The notes beneath the pieces are model-generated. The model worked only from the letters and a program-made list of their open reading frames with translations, had not been told where the DNA came from and ran no database searches. Shown piece by piece: positions 53,227 to 64,000 of a stretch of DNA of 64,000 bases (its first letter is position 1; each line of letters starts with the position of its first letter). Origin of the DNA: Longimicrobiales bacterium (lineage in GTDB: Bacteria > Gemmatimonadota > Gemmatimonadetes > Longimicrobiales > Gaopeijiaceae); the NCBI GenBank assembly GCA_041690395.1, contig JAWLHJ010000001.1:480001-544000 (forward strand). Reading direction: 5' to 3'. A program made the position numbers and the translations under genes.

Positions 53227-53586
53227 ATGTTGAGACGAGTGTCCCGTTTAACGTTGCAAGCGCTTATGGGTGTGTGGGTCTTCGGCCTGGTGATGGCCAT
53301 GGTGATGGGAGGCGTGGCGATGCGCGCCGCGTGGATCGCGCGGCGGCGGCGTCGTCTTGCCGAGAAGCGGCGGGTGGAGGCCCCGAATTCGCACTATTCG
53401 TCGCTCGGGGTGCGCAATCAGGAGGACCGGGAGCGGTGGGGCTCCATCGAGCTCGCCCGGCTCCACCCTTTGAATCAGGAGGAGGTGGAGCGCCTGCTCC
53501 GCCGGATCGACTCCGACGGGGTCGAGACCCTCGGGCCCAGGGATCGTCTCTTCCTGGACAACATGACGATCCCCCGCATGGGGTGA
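53227..53586 (+). CDS. Small single-pass membrane protein with DUF6576-like C-terminal domain
   Basis: TM helix plus RRRRR; QEEVERLLRRIDSDGVETLGPRDRLFL resembles the EVDRILDKISxxGxxSLTxxExxFL tail of some rhomboid proteases. Confidence 0.6.
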   Translation: MLRRVSRLTLQALMGVWVFGLVMAMVMGGVAMRAAWIARRRRRLAEKRRVEAPNSHYSSLGVRNQEDRERWGSIELARLHPLNQEEVERLLRRIDSDGVETLGPRDRLFLDNMTIPRMG

Positions 53587-53587
53587 G

Positions 53588-53962
53588 CTAGATCGCCGCG
53601 ATCGCGACCACTTCGACGTCCCGCCCCCGATTCAGCGGACCCACGGGAACGATGGCCCGCGTCGGTCGGTGGTCTCCCAGCGCCTCTGCGAACGCCTCGT
53701 TCACGGCGCTCCACGCGGAGACGTCTGTCACGTAGATCGTGACCTGGAGGAGCCGGTCGAGGCTCGAGCCTGCGGCGTCCAGGATGGCGGCGATGTTCTT
53801 GAAGATCAGCCGCGTCTGCGCTCCGGCGTCGCCCGGGTCGGCGTCAGGGTCGCTCGGATCGATGGCCAGCTGGCCGGCCACGTACACCAGTCCCCCGTGC
53901 ACGATCGCCTGGCTGTAGTGGCCCTTGGGGGTCGGTGCGTCGGGTGTCGAGATCTTTCTCAT
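53588..53962 (-). CDS. RidA/YjgF family enamine deaminase
   Basis: APTPKGHYSQAI, VYVAGQL, VNEAF, RPTRAIV, VEVVAIA; RBS GGAGG. Confidence 0.93.
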   Translation of the reverse strand: MRKISTPDAPTPKGHYSQAIVHGGLVYVAGQLAIDPSDPDADPGDAGAQTRLIFKNIAAILDAAGSSLDRLLQVTIYVTDVSAWSAVNEAFAEALGDHRPTRAIVPVGPLNRGRDVEVVAIAAI

Positions 53963-56301
53963 CGTTCCTCCGGCGAGCCCACGGTACCGAGCTCGGCCCA
54001 CGCCTGGGTGCGCTCCTGATATCGCTGCATGAGCTCTGGTTGGTCGGCCTGCGCGGCGGCCTCGGTCAGCGCCAGGTATCCCCAGGAATAGTAGTTGGGG
54101 ATGCCGATGGTCGAGTGGTCCGGCCAGAAGCCCCATTCGTCGGGAATGCCGGACCGTTGTATGAAGACGTCGTCGAAGAGCGTCTGCGTGCGGGGGACGT
54201 CGACCCACTCACCCGTCACGGGGATGTACGGGGAGCTCTCGAGCCGCACCACGCCCTCGGTGGCGACCTCGTCCGGCAGCCCGTTCGACATCTTGAACGC
54301 GAGGCCGTGACGCACGAGGTAGGGCCGTACGCCGAGGGACGCCGCCGCGTTCCCGCTCGAGGCGAAGTAGATGGGCCGCTCGTCGATCGCTTCGTTGATG
54401 AGGTTGAGCGCGAACTGCTGCCACGGCTCGAGGAATTGCCCGGCCTGGAGTCGGGCCACGACGTTTCCGAGCTGGAGCGACTGGTTCTGGTCGAGTTGCA
54501 CGTAGGACGCGGCGACCTGGGTGATCTGCTCGTCCGTGAGCGAGATGATGGAGCGCGTCGGCGCCTCGACCGGCTCCTCGAGCAGGATGGGCGTGAGCGC
54601 TCCGGCCTGCGCGGCGTCGGTCACGTACGCGGCGGCGTCGCCGTCCGGCGTGTACGGTCGCTGGCACTGGATCACCGTGAAGTCCTCCGACGGATCGACC
54701 CCCTCGGGGCAGGGCGCCGTCAGGTCCCGGAGCTGCCGGATGTACCAGTCGGTGTTCAGATACGAGGTGACCATGACCGTCACGTCGCGCCGGATGCCTT
54801 CCACCTCCTGCAGATACCAGAGGGGGAAGGTGTCGTTGTCCCCGTTGGTGAAGAGAAGTCCGTACGGCTCCACGCTCATGAGCAGGTTGTACGCCCAATC
54901 TCGGGCGGCGTAGTCCTCGCTCCTGTCCGCGTATCCCCAGTTGAGCACCAGCGGGAGGAGCGCGAGCCCCAACACCGGACTCGCCTTCGCGAGGGTCGTC
55001 TTGAACTCTGTGACCGACTCGCGCCAGAGCGTGACGATCCCCATTCCCGCCCAGAGCCCCCACACCGAGAAGCTGGCGATGAAGAAGTAGTCGCGCTCGC
55101 GCACCTCGTGGAGTCCGCGGTCGGCCTGCGGTGCCTCGAGGGAGTAGCCGTACTTGAAGTTCAGGTAGTAGACGAGCCCGAAGGAGAGCGTCGCGAACAG
55201 CGTGCCCACGTAGGCGAAGCTGACGCGGTCACGGCGGAAGTGCTCGAAGGCGCCCCACACCCCGAGCCCGGTGAAGAGCATGGTGAACGGGATGCGCATG
55301 CGGGCGAAGACGGGCTGCTCGCCGCCGAGCGCGCGTGACCACTGCCAGTCGAAGTACTGGAGATAGTTCACCAGCTGCGACCAGAGCGGGGCCTGGCGCG
55401 GAACCAGCGGCGGCTTGTCGTACTGCGAGCGGTTCAGCGCCTCGGCGAGCGCGACGCACCCGGCCTTCCCGTAGGTGACCACGGCCGTGATGGCCGATCC
55501 GATGTCCGGACAGGTCGGTGCCGCCTCGTTGATGACCGGACCGAGCCCGGAGCGCAGCGGCAGGAAGAGGTGGATGCTCAGGCCGAGGACCGCGGCTGCA
55601 GCGCCGCCCAGGTAGAGCTTCCAGTTGAGGAGCGTGCGCGGGTGCACGAGAAGGATGAAGATTCCGATCGCCGGCGCGGCGAGGAACGCCATCAGGTGGT
55701 TCCCGACACTGAGCGCGAGGACGAACGCCATCAGGATGAGGAGGTTGTCGTCCTTGCCCTTCCCGAGGTTCTCCTGCCAACGGAACGCGAGCCAGGTGAG
55801 CAGCGCGATGGTCAGCAGCGAGACCGTGTAGACCTTCTCGTTGACGTTCGACTGGCTCCACACCGTGAACGCGGTGGCGCTGACGAGGACGGCGGTCGCG
55901 GCCCCGACGAGCCGGAAGCGGCGGTCGTCGGAGAAGTACCGGAGGATGTGGTGCACGACCAGGAACCAGAGCCCGTGCGTCAGCGCGCTCATCAAGGCGC
56001 TGAACAGGTTGATGCGGACCGCGACCTCGAGGCCGAGCGGCGCGAGCATCAGCGACCAGGCCTTCGCGAGGACCACGAAGAGCGGATTCCCCGGGGGATG
56101 CGGGATTCCGAGGATGTGCCCCGTGGCGATGTACTCGCTGGTGTCCCAGAAGGCCGTCGTGGGCGCCAGCGTGAGCGCGTATAGCGCGAAGACCGCCGCG
56201 GCGGCCAGTGCGGCCGCGCCGTATGGCGGTCGCAGCTCGTCCGCGGTCGGGGATGGTCCCACGGTGGGGGAGGATCCTCGGGTCGTGTCTGGAGCGGGCA
56301 T
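53959..56301 (-). CDS. DUF2723 membrane protein (TMEM260-like GT-C fold)
   Basis: TLAPTTAFWDTSEYI, GIPHPPGNPLF, EVRERDYFF, FTNGDNDTFPLWYLQEVEGIRRDV; ATG 56301 preferred over upstream starts inside the repeat. Confidence 0.88.
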   Translation of the reverse strand: MPAPDTTRGSSPTVGPSPTADELRPPYGAAALAAAAVFALYALTLAPTTAFWDTSEYIATGHILGIPHPPGNPLFVVLAKAWSLMLAPLGLEVAVRINLFSALMSALTHGLWFLVVHHILRYFSDDRRFRLVGAATAVLVSATAFTVWSQSNVNEKVYTVSLLTIALLTWLAFRWQENLGKGKDDNLLILMAFVLALSVGNHLMAFLAAPAIGIFILLVHPRTLLNWKLYLGGAAAAVLGLSIHLFLPLRSGLGPVINEAAPTCPDIGSAITAVVTYGKAGCVALAEALNRSQYDKPPLVPRQAPLWSQLVNYLQYFDWQWSRALGGEQPVFARMRIPFTMLFTGLGVWGAFEHFRRDRVSFAYVGTLFATLSFGLVYYLNFKYGYSLEAPQADRGLHEVRERDYFFIASFSVWGLWAGMGIVTLWRESVTEFKTTLAKASPVLGLALLPLVLNWGYADRSEDYAARDWAYNLLMSVEPYGLLFTNGDNDTFPLWYLQEVEGIRRDVTVMVTSYLNTDWYIRQLRDLTAPCPEGVDPSEDFTVIQCQRPYTPDGDAAAYVTDAAQAGALTPILLEEPVEAPTRSIISLTDEQITQVAASYVQLDQNQSLQLGNVVARLQAGQFLEPWQQFALNLINEAIDERPIYFASSGNAAASLGVRPYLVRHGLAFKMSNGLPDEVATEGVVRLESSPYIPVTGEWVDVPRTQTLFDDVFIQRSGIPDEWGFWPDHSTIGIPNYYSWGYLALTEAAAQADQPELMQRYQERTQAWAELGTVGSPEER

Positions 56302-56384
56302 GCGCGTCTGGGTCACTGGAAAGTGCGCGAAGTCGAAAAGATAACGGGGAGGGCGCGGCGGGACCTCCATCGCTTTTCGCCGAC

Positions 56385-56529
56385 TTGGAAGTCGTTCGAT
56401 CTTCGAACGATCTCTTCCGGCACGCTCAGGAGGACGTCGGCCTCGAAGCACCCGTATGACGCGGAGAAATCCCCGGGGCTCTCCACCAAGGCTTCTCTCG
56501 AATCGTTCGACTTTCGAACGACTTTCGAA
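56385..56529 (-). repeat. Dispersed ~146-bp inverted-arm element, copy 5 (145 bp, reverse orientation)
   Basis: Reverse complement reads TTCGAAAGTCGTTCGAAAGTCGAACGA...CCGCGTCATACGG...GAGGCCGACGT...GATCGTTCGAAGATCGAACGACTTCCAA. Confidence 0.93.
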
Positions 56530-56605
56530 ACGCCCGCAGAAAGTGCCGGCGCGTGGTCCAGCCGCGAGGGTCGGAGCGTGGCGGCCGTCGGGCTACCGGC
56601 CCGCG

Positions 56606-58609
56606 TCACCGGTTCGGCTCCAGGTGCAGGGTGCCCCACCGGTCGACCTCGACGGTCCACTCCGGCGGAACCCAGGTCGTGCCGCTGTACTCCTGCACGA
56701 CGAGCGGGCCGTCCACCCGGTGGCTGGCCCGGAGCGCCGCGCGATCGACCCGGGATGCCGCCAGCACCTGCCCGCGGTGGAAGACCTCGAGGTCGGACAG
56801 CGGCGGTAGGGCGGTCGCTTCGGTGAGCTCGGGCGGATCCAGCACCGGCGTCGGGGCGGTGACCACCACGCGCACCGTCACCGCCTCGGCGGGGATGTCG
56901 TCGCGGCGGTACCCGTACCGTTCCTCGTGTGCCTCGTGGAAGCGTGCGGCCCAGCCGGCGGACGGGACGGCGAGCTCGAAGCTCTGCCCCCGGTAGCGCG
57001 CGTCGATCCATCGCTCCGTGGTGAGGCCTTCGCCGTCGTCCGCGTCCGGCAGGTCCGCCGCGATCGCCGCGCGCGCTTCGCGCTCGAGCTCGGCCAGGGC
57101 CCGCTCGACCCGGCCCGGGGCGTCCGCGGCGTCTTCGGGCACCAACACGGTGCGCGACGCCTCGTGGGTGAGCGGCGCGGCGAGCATCCCGTACGCGGAC
57201 AGGAGCCCTGGATCGGGGGGGACCATTGCCCTGGAGGCGCCGAGGCGGCCGGTGAGCTCCGCCACGTGGAGGCCGCCGGCACCGCCGAAGGCGACGACCG
57301 TGAAGTCGATGGGGTCGTAGCCACGCTCGACCGAGATGACGCGAAGCGCCCGCTCCATGGCGGTGTCGGCCACGGTGAGCACGCCTTCGGCGGCATCCTC
57401 CAGAGAGGTACCGAGCGCGGCGGCGAGCTCGGTGAGCGGCGCCCGCACCGCTTCTCGGTCGAGGGCACGCGCGCCGCCCAGGAAGCCGTCGGCGGGAAGG
57501 GTCCCGAGCCAGACGTGGGCGTCGGTCACGGTCACCTCCGTCCCGCCGTTGCCGTAGCAGATCGGGCCCGGGGTTGCGCCGGCGCTCTCGGGGCCGACGC
57601 GAAGCGCACCTCCGGCGTCGACGCGCGCGATCGACCCCCCGCCCGCGCCGACCGTGTGGATGTCGATCACCGGCACGGCGACGGGACTCCCGCCGATCTC
57701 GAACTCCCGGGTCCGTAGCGGGCGTCCGGGACACAGCGACACGTCGGTCGATGTGCCGCCCATGTCGAACGTCACGATGCAGTCGTGACCCGCCCGCCGA
57801 GCCCAGGCGAGCGCCCCCATCACGCCGCCGGCGGGGCCCGACAGCACCGTGTGAACGGGCTCGCGCCGAGCGCGCGCGACCGGGAGCGCTCCGCCGTTCG
57901 AGCCCATGATGGTCGTGCGCACCGCTCCCGACTCGGCCTCGAGACGTCCGAGGTAACGGTCCATCAGCGGCGTCACGTATGCGTTGACCACCGTCGTGGA
58001 CGTGCGCTCGTACTCGCGGAACTCCGGGAGGACGGTGCTGGACACGGACACCGGGACGTCGACGTCCGCGAGCGCCTCGGCCACGGCGCGCTCGTGCGCC
58101 GGGTCGGCGTAGGCGTGCAGCAGGCAGACCGCCACGGCCCGCCCGCCGAGCTCACGCACCCGCTCCGCGAGGCCGGCGAGCTCCTCGGGGTCGACGGGCT
58201 CGACCTCCGCGCCGTCCGGACCGAGACGGCCGGCGACGCCGATCCGGTCGTCGCGCGCCACGAGGGGCGGCGGCCGGTGACCGACCAGCGCGTAGAGCTG
58301 AGGCCGATTCTGCCTGCCGATCTCGATGACGTCCTCGAAGCCCTCGTTCGTGACGAGCACGACCTGGGCGCCCCGCCGCTCCAGGAGGGCGTTGGTGGCG
58401 ACCGTCGAGCCGTGCAGGAGCATGAAGGCGTCGCCGTCTTCGAGCAGCTCGCCGATCCCGGTGAGAACCGCCTCGGACGGGTCGGCCGGCGTCGATGGCA
58501 GCTTGAGCGTACGGATACCGCCTTCGGTCCGGAGCACGAGGTCCGTGAAGGTCCCTCCCGTATCGACCGCGAGGAGCGCCGTTGACGGGCCTCCGGCACC
58601 TTGGGACAT
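56606..58609 (-). CDS. Hydantoinase A / 5-oxoprolinase subunit A family
   Basis: VDTGGTFTD, HGSTVATNALLE, LSGPAGG, DMGGTSTD, GAGGGS, AFGGAG. Confidence 0.93.
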   Translation of the reverse strand: MSQGAGGPSTALLAVDTGGTFTDLVLRTEGGIRTLKLPSTPADPSEAVLTGIGELLEDGDAFMLLHGSTVATNALLERRGAQVVLVTNEGFEDVIEIGRQNRPQLYALVGHRPPPLVARDDRIGVAGRLGPDGAEVEPVDPEELAGLAERVRELGGRAVAVCLLHAYADPAHERAVAEALADVDVPVSVSSTVLPEFREYERTSTTVVNAYVTPLMDRYLGRLEAESGAVRTTIMGSNGGALPVARARREPVHTVLSGPAGGVMGALAWARRAGHDCIVTFDMGGTSTDVSLCPGRPLRTREFEIGGSPVAVPVIDIHTVGAGGGSIARVDAGGALRVGPESAGATPGPICYGNGGTEVTVTDAHVWLGTLPADGFLGGARALDREAVRAPLTELAAALGTSLEDAAEGVLTVADTAMERALRVISVERGYDPIDFTVVAFGGAGGLHVAELTGRLGASRAMVPPDPGLLSAYGMLAAPLTHEASRTVLVPEDAADAPGRVERALAELEREARAAIAADLPDADDGEGLTTERWIDARYRGQSFELAVPSAGWAARFHEAHEERYGYRRDDIPAEAVTVRVVVTAPTPVLDPPELTEATALPPLSDLEVFHRGQVLAASRVDRAALRASHRVDGPLVVQEYSGTTWVPPEWTVEVDRWGTLHLEPNR

Positions 58610-58660
58610 TGGGGCGCTCACGAGCCCGCGCCTCCGGGCTCGCCCACCCCGGTCCGCCGC

Positions 58661-60166
<1,506 letters not shown>

Positions 60167-60169
60167 CGT

Positions 60170-61546
60170 CTACTCGCTGAGTCGGCGGAGCTTGGGATAG
60201 AGGCGCACCAACGCCTCGATCCCCTTCTCGAAGTTCTCGACCGACAGCCACTCGTCCGGCGCGTGCAGGTTGCACCCGGGCAGGGAGAACCCGACCAGCA
60301 GAGCGGGCGCGCCCAACCGCTCTTCGAACTCGACCACGATGGGGATCGACCCGCCGCCGCCCATCGCGACCGGCTTGGTGCCGAACGCTTCCTCCAGCGC
60401 CTCCCCGGCGGCCTCGAACGCGGGACCGTCGATGTTGGCCCGCCACGGCCGGCCACCGTGTAGGGCCTTCACCCTGACTTCGACGCCGGCGGGCGCCACG
60501 CGGCGCACGTGCGCCGCGAGCAGCTCCTCGACCCGCGCGGGCGACTGCGAGGGGACCAGCCGGAAGCTGACCTTCGCCATGGCACGGTTGGGGAGCACGG
60601 TCTTCGCACCCTCGCCCGTGTAGCCGCACAGGAGGCCGTTCACGTCGCAGGTCGGGCGGATCCAGAGGCGCTCGAGTGTGCCGTAGCCGCGCTCGCCGGC
60701 CAGCTCGTCCACGCCGAGCTCGCGGCGGTACGCCTCGTCGTCGAAGGGGAGCGAGGCGATACCCGTTCGGGTCGACTCGTCCCAGTCCAGCACGTCGTCG
60801 TAGAAGCCGTCGATGGCGATGCGCCCGTCGCCGTCGTGCAGGGACGCGACGATTTTCGCGAGCGCGTTCCCCGGGTTCGCGACCGCGCCGCCGTACTCGC
60901 CGGAGTGCAGGTCGGAGCGGGCGCCCTTCACGTGGATCTCGAAGTACGCGAGGCCGCGAAGCGAGAAGAGGAGCGACGGGAGTCCCTCCGCGAACATGCC
61001 GGTGTCCGAGATGACGACCAGGTCGCAGTCGAGCCGGTCGCGGTGCTCCTCCACGAACGGGACCAGGTTCGGCGAGCCGATCTCCTCCTCGCCTTCGGCC
61101 AGCACGATCACGTTGAGCGGGAGCGTGCCGGTGGACCCTCGGAGCGTCTCGAGGGCCTTCACGTGCATGTAGAGCTGCCCCTTGTCGTCCGCCGCCCCAC
61201 GCGCGTAGATGCGGCCGTCGCGCTCGGTCGGCTCGAACGGCGGCGAGGTCCACTCGTCGAGCGGCTCCGGAGGCTGCACGTCGTAGTGCCCGTAGACCAG
61301 CACCGTGGGGGCGTCCGGCCCGGCTTCGTGCCACTCACCCAGCACCACGGGGTGGCCGGCCGTCTCGATCACCTGGGCCTTGAGGCCGGCGTCGTGGAGA
61401 CGCTCGGCGAACCAGTCGGCGGCTCTGCGCGTGTCCGGATCGTGCTCCGTCTTGGCGCTGACGGAGGGGATCCGCAGGAAGTCGTCGAGCTCGGAGCGGA
61501 ACCTGGGGAGGTTCTCGTCGAGGAAGCGGGCGATTTCGGACATCAT
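60170..61546 (-). CDS. M20-family dipeptidase
   Basis: YGHYDVQP, ARGAADDKG, EGEEEIGS, DLHSG, NLHAPDE. Confidence 0.93.
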   Translation of the reverse strand: MMSEIARFLDENLPRFRSELDDFLRIPSVSAKTEHDPDTRRAADWFAERLHDAGLKAQVIETAGHPVVLGEWHEAGPDAPTVLVYGHYDVQPPEPLDEWTSPPFEPTERDGRIYARGAADDKGQLYMHVKALETLRGSTGTLPLNVIVLAEGEEEIGSPNLVPFVEEHRDRLDCDLVVISDTGMFAEGLPSLLFSLRGLAYFEIHVKGARSDLHSGEYGGAVANPGNALAKIVASLHDGDGRIAIDGFYDDVLDWDESTRTGIASLPFDDEAYRRELGVDELAGERGYGTLERLWIRPTCDVNGLLCGYTGEGAKTVLPNRAMAKVSFRLVPSQSPARVEELLAAHVRRVAPAGVEVRVKALHGGRPWRANIDGPAFEAAGEALEEAFGTKPVAMGGGGSIPIVVEFEERLGAPALLVGFSLPGCNLHAPDEWLSVENFEKGIEALVRLYPKLRRLSE

Positions 61547-61604
61547 CCCCTTCCGGGTCGGTCGCTGGAGGGAAGTTGCGCGCGGGGCTCCGCGGCGCGC
61601 GGGC

Positions 61605-61883
61605 TCAGATGAGCGTGCGCAGGCCCCAGCGGTAGACGAACGTCATCATGACGGAGAAGATGGCCGCACCGGCCATGCCGCCCGTGCTGATCGCGAGGGG
61701 CTCGTAAAGGTGCACGATACCCACGCCGAGCATCCCGCCGATGACCGCCGCGAACGCGCCGAGCACCATGAGGATGGGGGTGTGGCCGGGGGTCTCCTCG
61801 GGCCGCTGTATGAGCGCCTTCATGACCAGGCCGACGACCATGCCCATGACGATCCAGATCGCGATGCCGATCCAATTCTGCAT
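61605..61883 (-). CDS. Small membrane protein, GlsB/YeaQ/YmgE-like
   Basis: 92 aa; WIVMGMVVGLVMKAL, LGAFAAVIGGML; three hydrophobic Gly-rich segments. Confidence 0.7.
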   Translation of the reverse strand: MQNWIGIAIWIVMGMVVGLVMKALIQRPEETPGHTPILMVLGAFAAVIGGMLGVGIVHLYEPLAISTGGMAGAAIFSVMMTFVYRWGLRTLI

Positions 61884-62025
61884 TTCGGGTACCGACCTCT
61901 TCCCGGTTGCCGGATATGGAGGGTTGTTCAACGCGGGGAATCTATTCGAAGGGGGAGGCGAGAGCCAGGGAAGCGGTTCCAGGCCGTCGGTTTGACGTGG
62001 GACGCGTGTCGCTGTTGATTCGAGT

Positions 62026-62526
62026 ATGTCCGACGGCATCATCGACATTCGCCAGTATCTTCAGGCGGACGAGGACGACCCCGGCGCGTTTGCGCTCTGG
62101 GGCGGTGAGGGGGAGCGATCGCGCTTCGCCCTGCCGCTCTGGCGGATCATCTATCTGGCGGGCGGCGACCGCGGCGGCATCGTGAGCGCGCCCGATGCCC
62201 GGAGCCGCCGGCATGCCCGCGCGACCATAGGCCTCGAGCCGCTCGTCGTGCTGGATCTCCGCCGGGATCCCGCTCGGACCGACTTCGACGCGTTGGCCGT
62301 TCCGGCCCTCGAGGTCGAGGAAAGCCCGAAGCTCGTGGATCTCGCGGCGAACGGGCTGGTGGTCGCCCTCGGCGACAGCCTGGGAAGGAGCTGGTTCGTC
62401 ATCGTCGACGGGGTCGCCGACCGGACCGAGCCGCTGGGGTCCGACGTGAAGGAGGACGTGCTCTTCCTGTGCGGCGAGTGCGCGGGGCTGCTCTTCTTCA
62501 GGGACCTCGCGCACCTCCAGGAGTAG
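62026..62526 (+). CDS. Hypothetical protein
   Basis: 166-aa ORF with genome-typical GC3 bias filling the gap between neighbours. Confidence 0.6.
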   Translation: MSDGIIDIRQYLQADEDDPGAFALWGGEGERSRFALPLWRIIYLAGGDRGGIVSAPDARSRRHARATIGLEPLVVLDLRRDPARTDFDALAVPALEVEESPKLVDLAANGLVVALGDSLGRSWFVIVDGVADRTEPLGSDVKEDVLFLCGECAGLLFFRDLAHLQE

Positions 62527-62533
62527 GCGGGGG

Positions 62534-63208
62534 CTACTCCTTCCCCATCCTCCGCTTCAGCTCGGCGAGGGCTGCGTCCACGTCGGGCGGATCGACGGCC
62601 CTGTCGTCCAGCTCCACGTGGAAGTCGGAGCCCCCGTCGAGATCCAGGTCGTCGAGGGCCTCGGCCGCGTCCGCTTCGCGCTGAGTTCCTTCGATCTTCT
62701 CGGCCATCCGGTCGAGCTCCGAAAACAGGTCGTCCGCCTCTCCGATGCTGTCGCGGGCGGACGCACGCCCGGCCTGGGCGGTGAGCCCTTCCCTCTGGGT
62801 GCGGGCCTCCTTCAGCCGGGCCATCATGTCCTCGGCGTCCTTGCGCCGGAACGCGAGCTCCTCGTCGAGCGCCGCGACCTTCTGCTCGAGGAGCTCGTGC
62901 CGCTTCCGGTGTCGCTCGCCGTACTGCGCGGCCAGGTCGGCCGTCTCGGTGTCTTCGATGCGCCGGGCCATCTCTTCCCGGCGCCGACATGCCTCGGCCT
63001 GCTCGGCCTCGTGCGCGGCCTCTTTCCTGGCCCGGTCGATCTGGGACTCCAGGTCGGACACCAGCGCCCGGGTATCCACCAACTCCCGCTGCATTCCCTT
63101 CAGCAGCGCGTCGACGGTCTCCGGGACCTGGTCCCGATGGAGCTCGCGGTTGAAGTTCTCGACGGCCTGGCGAAACGCGGCCCGGAGGTCCTCGAACATG
63201 TTCACCAC
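62534..63208 (-). CDS. PspA/IM30-like coiled-coil protein
   Basis: Long coiled coil, FSELDRMAEKIEG, C-terminal VDAALAELKRRMGKE. Confidence 0.75.
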   Translation of the reverse strand: MVNMFEDLRAAFRQAVENFNRELHRDQVPETVDALLKGMQRELVDTRALVSDLESQIDRARKEAAHEAEQAEACRRREEMARRIEDTETADLAAQYGERHRKRHELLEQKVAALDEELAFRRKDAEDMMARLKEARTQREGLTAQAGRASARDSIGEADDLFSELDRMAEKIEGTQREADAAEALDDLDLDGGSDFHVELDDRAVDPPDVDAALAELKRRMGKE

Positions 63209-63254
63209 GTTCCTGGGTGTGAGTGACCGTCGCGCGGCCGCGCCCGTTCGCGGC

Positions 63255-63884
63255 TCAGTTCAGGAACGGCTCGATGCGCTGCGCGAACGAGTTGCGGGCC
63301 CGGTGCAGCCGGCTCTTGACCGTGCCGAGGTTCACGCCCGTGATCTCGGCGATCTCCTCGTAGCTCTTGCCTTCGAGCTCGCGAAGTCGGAAGACCAGGC
63401 GATGATGCTCGGGCAGCTCCTTGACCATCTCCTCGACGAGGCTCCGGAGATAGCGCTTCCGGTAGAGGTCGTCGGGCCGCATCGAGTAATCCTCGAACTG
63501 GAGCGGACGGTGGTCGTCGTCCCAGTTGCTCGTCAGCCGCTGGAAGAGCACCAGGGGGCTGCGGGAGCGGTTGCGGAGCTCGTTCTTCGACAGGTTGCTG
63601 GCGATCGTGTAGACCCAGGTCGAGAACTTCTTCGACGTATCGAAGCGATGCAGATGGCGCGTGACCCGGATGAATGCCTCCTGCACCAGGTCCTGGGCGC
63701 GGTCGGAATCGCCGGTCTTGCGCGTGACGAAATGGATCAGGCGATCGCGGTAGCGATCGTACAGCTCCTGGAACGCTCCGGGGCGCCCGGTGAGGTGCGC
63801 GCTAACGAGCTGCTCGTCCGTCAGCTCCTCGAGAGGGGTCTCCCCGAGAAACCGCGCGAGCTCGTCCGGATTGGCGTTGACCAT
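63255..63884 (-). CDS. ECF (RpoE/SigW-like) sigma factor
   Basis: DEQLV, AQDLVQEAF, FSTWVYTIASN, SYEEIAEITGVNLGTVKSRLHRAR; start 63884 or 63926. Confidence 0.95.
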   Translation of the reverse strand: MVNANPDELARFLGETPLEELTDEQLVSAHLTGRPGAFQELYDRYRDRLIHFVTRKTGDSDRAQDLVQEAFIRVTRHLHRFDTSKKFSTWVYTIASNLSKNELRNRSRSPLVLFQRLTSNWDDDHRPLQFEDYSMRPDDLYRKRYLRSLVEEMVKELPEHHRLVFRLRELEGKSYEEIAEITGVNLGTVKSRLHRARNSFAQRIEPFLN

Positions 63885-64000
63885 ATGAATCGTCGTGAAA
63901 CGGGACGTTTCACGCGTTGAAGGCACGTCAGGCGTGCCCGTAAAATGCCCGAAACCGCGCCCCGATTCAAGCCTGAAACGAGAGTCAGACCGGGCGGCGC

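Noticed and set aside
56302..56451. In-frame insertion of the repeat into the DUF2723 N-terminus (Rickettsia RPE-like)
   Set aside because: The frame is open only partway into the element and ATG 56301 gives a plausible start, so there is no evidence the element is translated.

Overview
This is a GC-rich bacterial chromosomal segment. Gene content and protein style suggest Gemmatimonadota (Longimicrobiales-like), which is an inference. It is mostly housekeeping: marR, trmJ-like, tatA, acyl-CoA dehydrogenase, gcvH-gcvP-lipoyl ligase, an opp/dpp ABC operon, exbB/tolQ, Slt, csp, polA, ssb, two short RpoD-family sigmas, fabF, pckA, peptidases, MATE plus two CorC/HlyC, EVE, a UvrC-like gene, HD hydrolase, PP2C, rsgA, a btuFCD-like transporter, ridA, DUF2723, hyuA, trpE, pspA and an ECF sigma. 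I could not support any rRNA, tRNA, transposase, integrase or cas gene. Two things stand out. (1) A dispersed intergenic element occurs five times (178, 14108, 28320, 44774, 56385). It has a near-fixed length of 145-147 bp, ~27-bp terminal inverted arms built from an 11-bp TTCGAAAGTCG unit, and a strongly diverged core of constant length. It shows no target duplication, is co-oriented with local transcription and recurs about every 12-16 kb. (2) A single-chain SbcD-SbcC (Mre11-Rad50) fusion at 50690-53215 has substituted nuclease and ATPase catalytic motifs but keeps its CPTC zinc hook, and sits in a translationally coupled operon. There is also a small scar region (37.6-38.2 kb) with a permease pseudogene and a 62-bp-period repeat. 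All functional calls come from motif recognition by eye; no searches were run.
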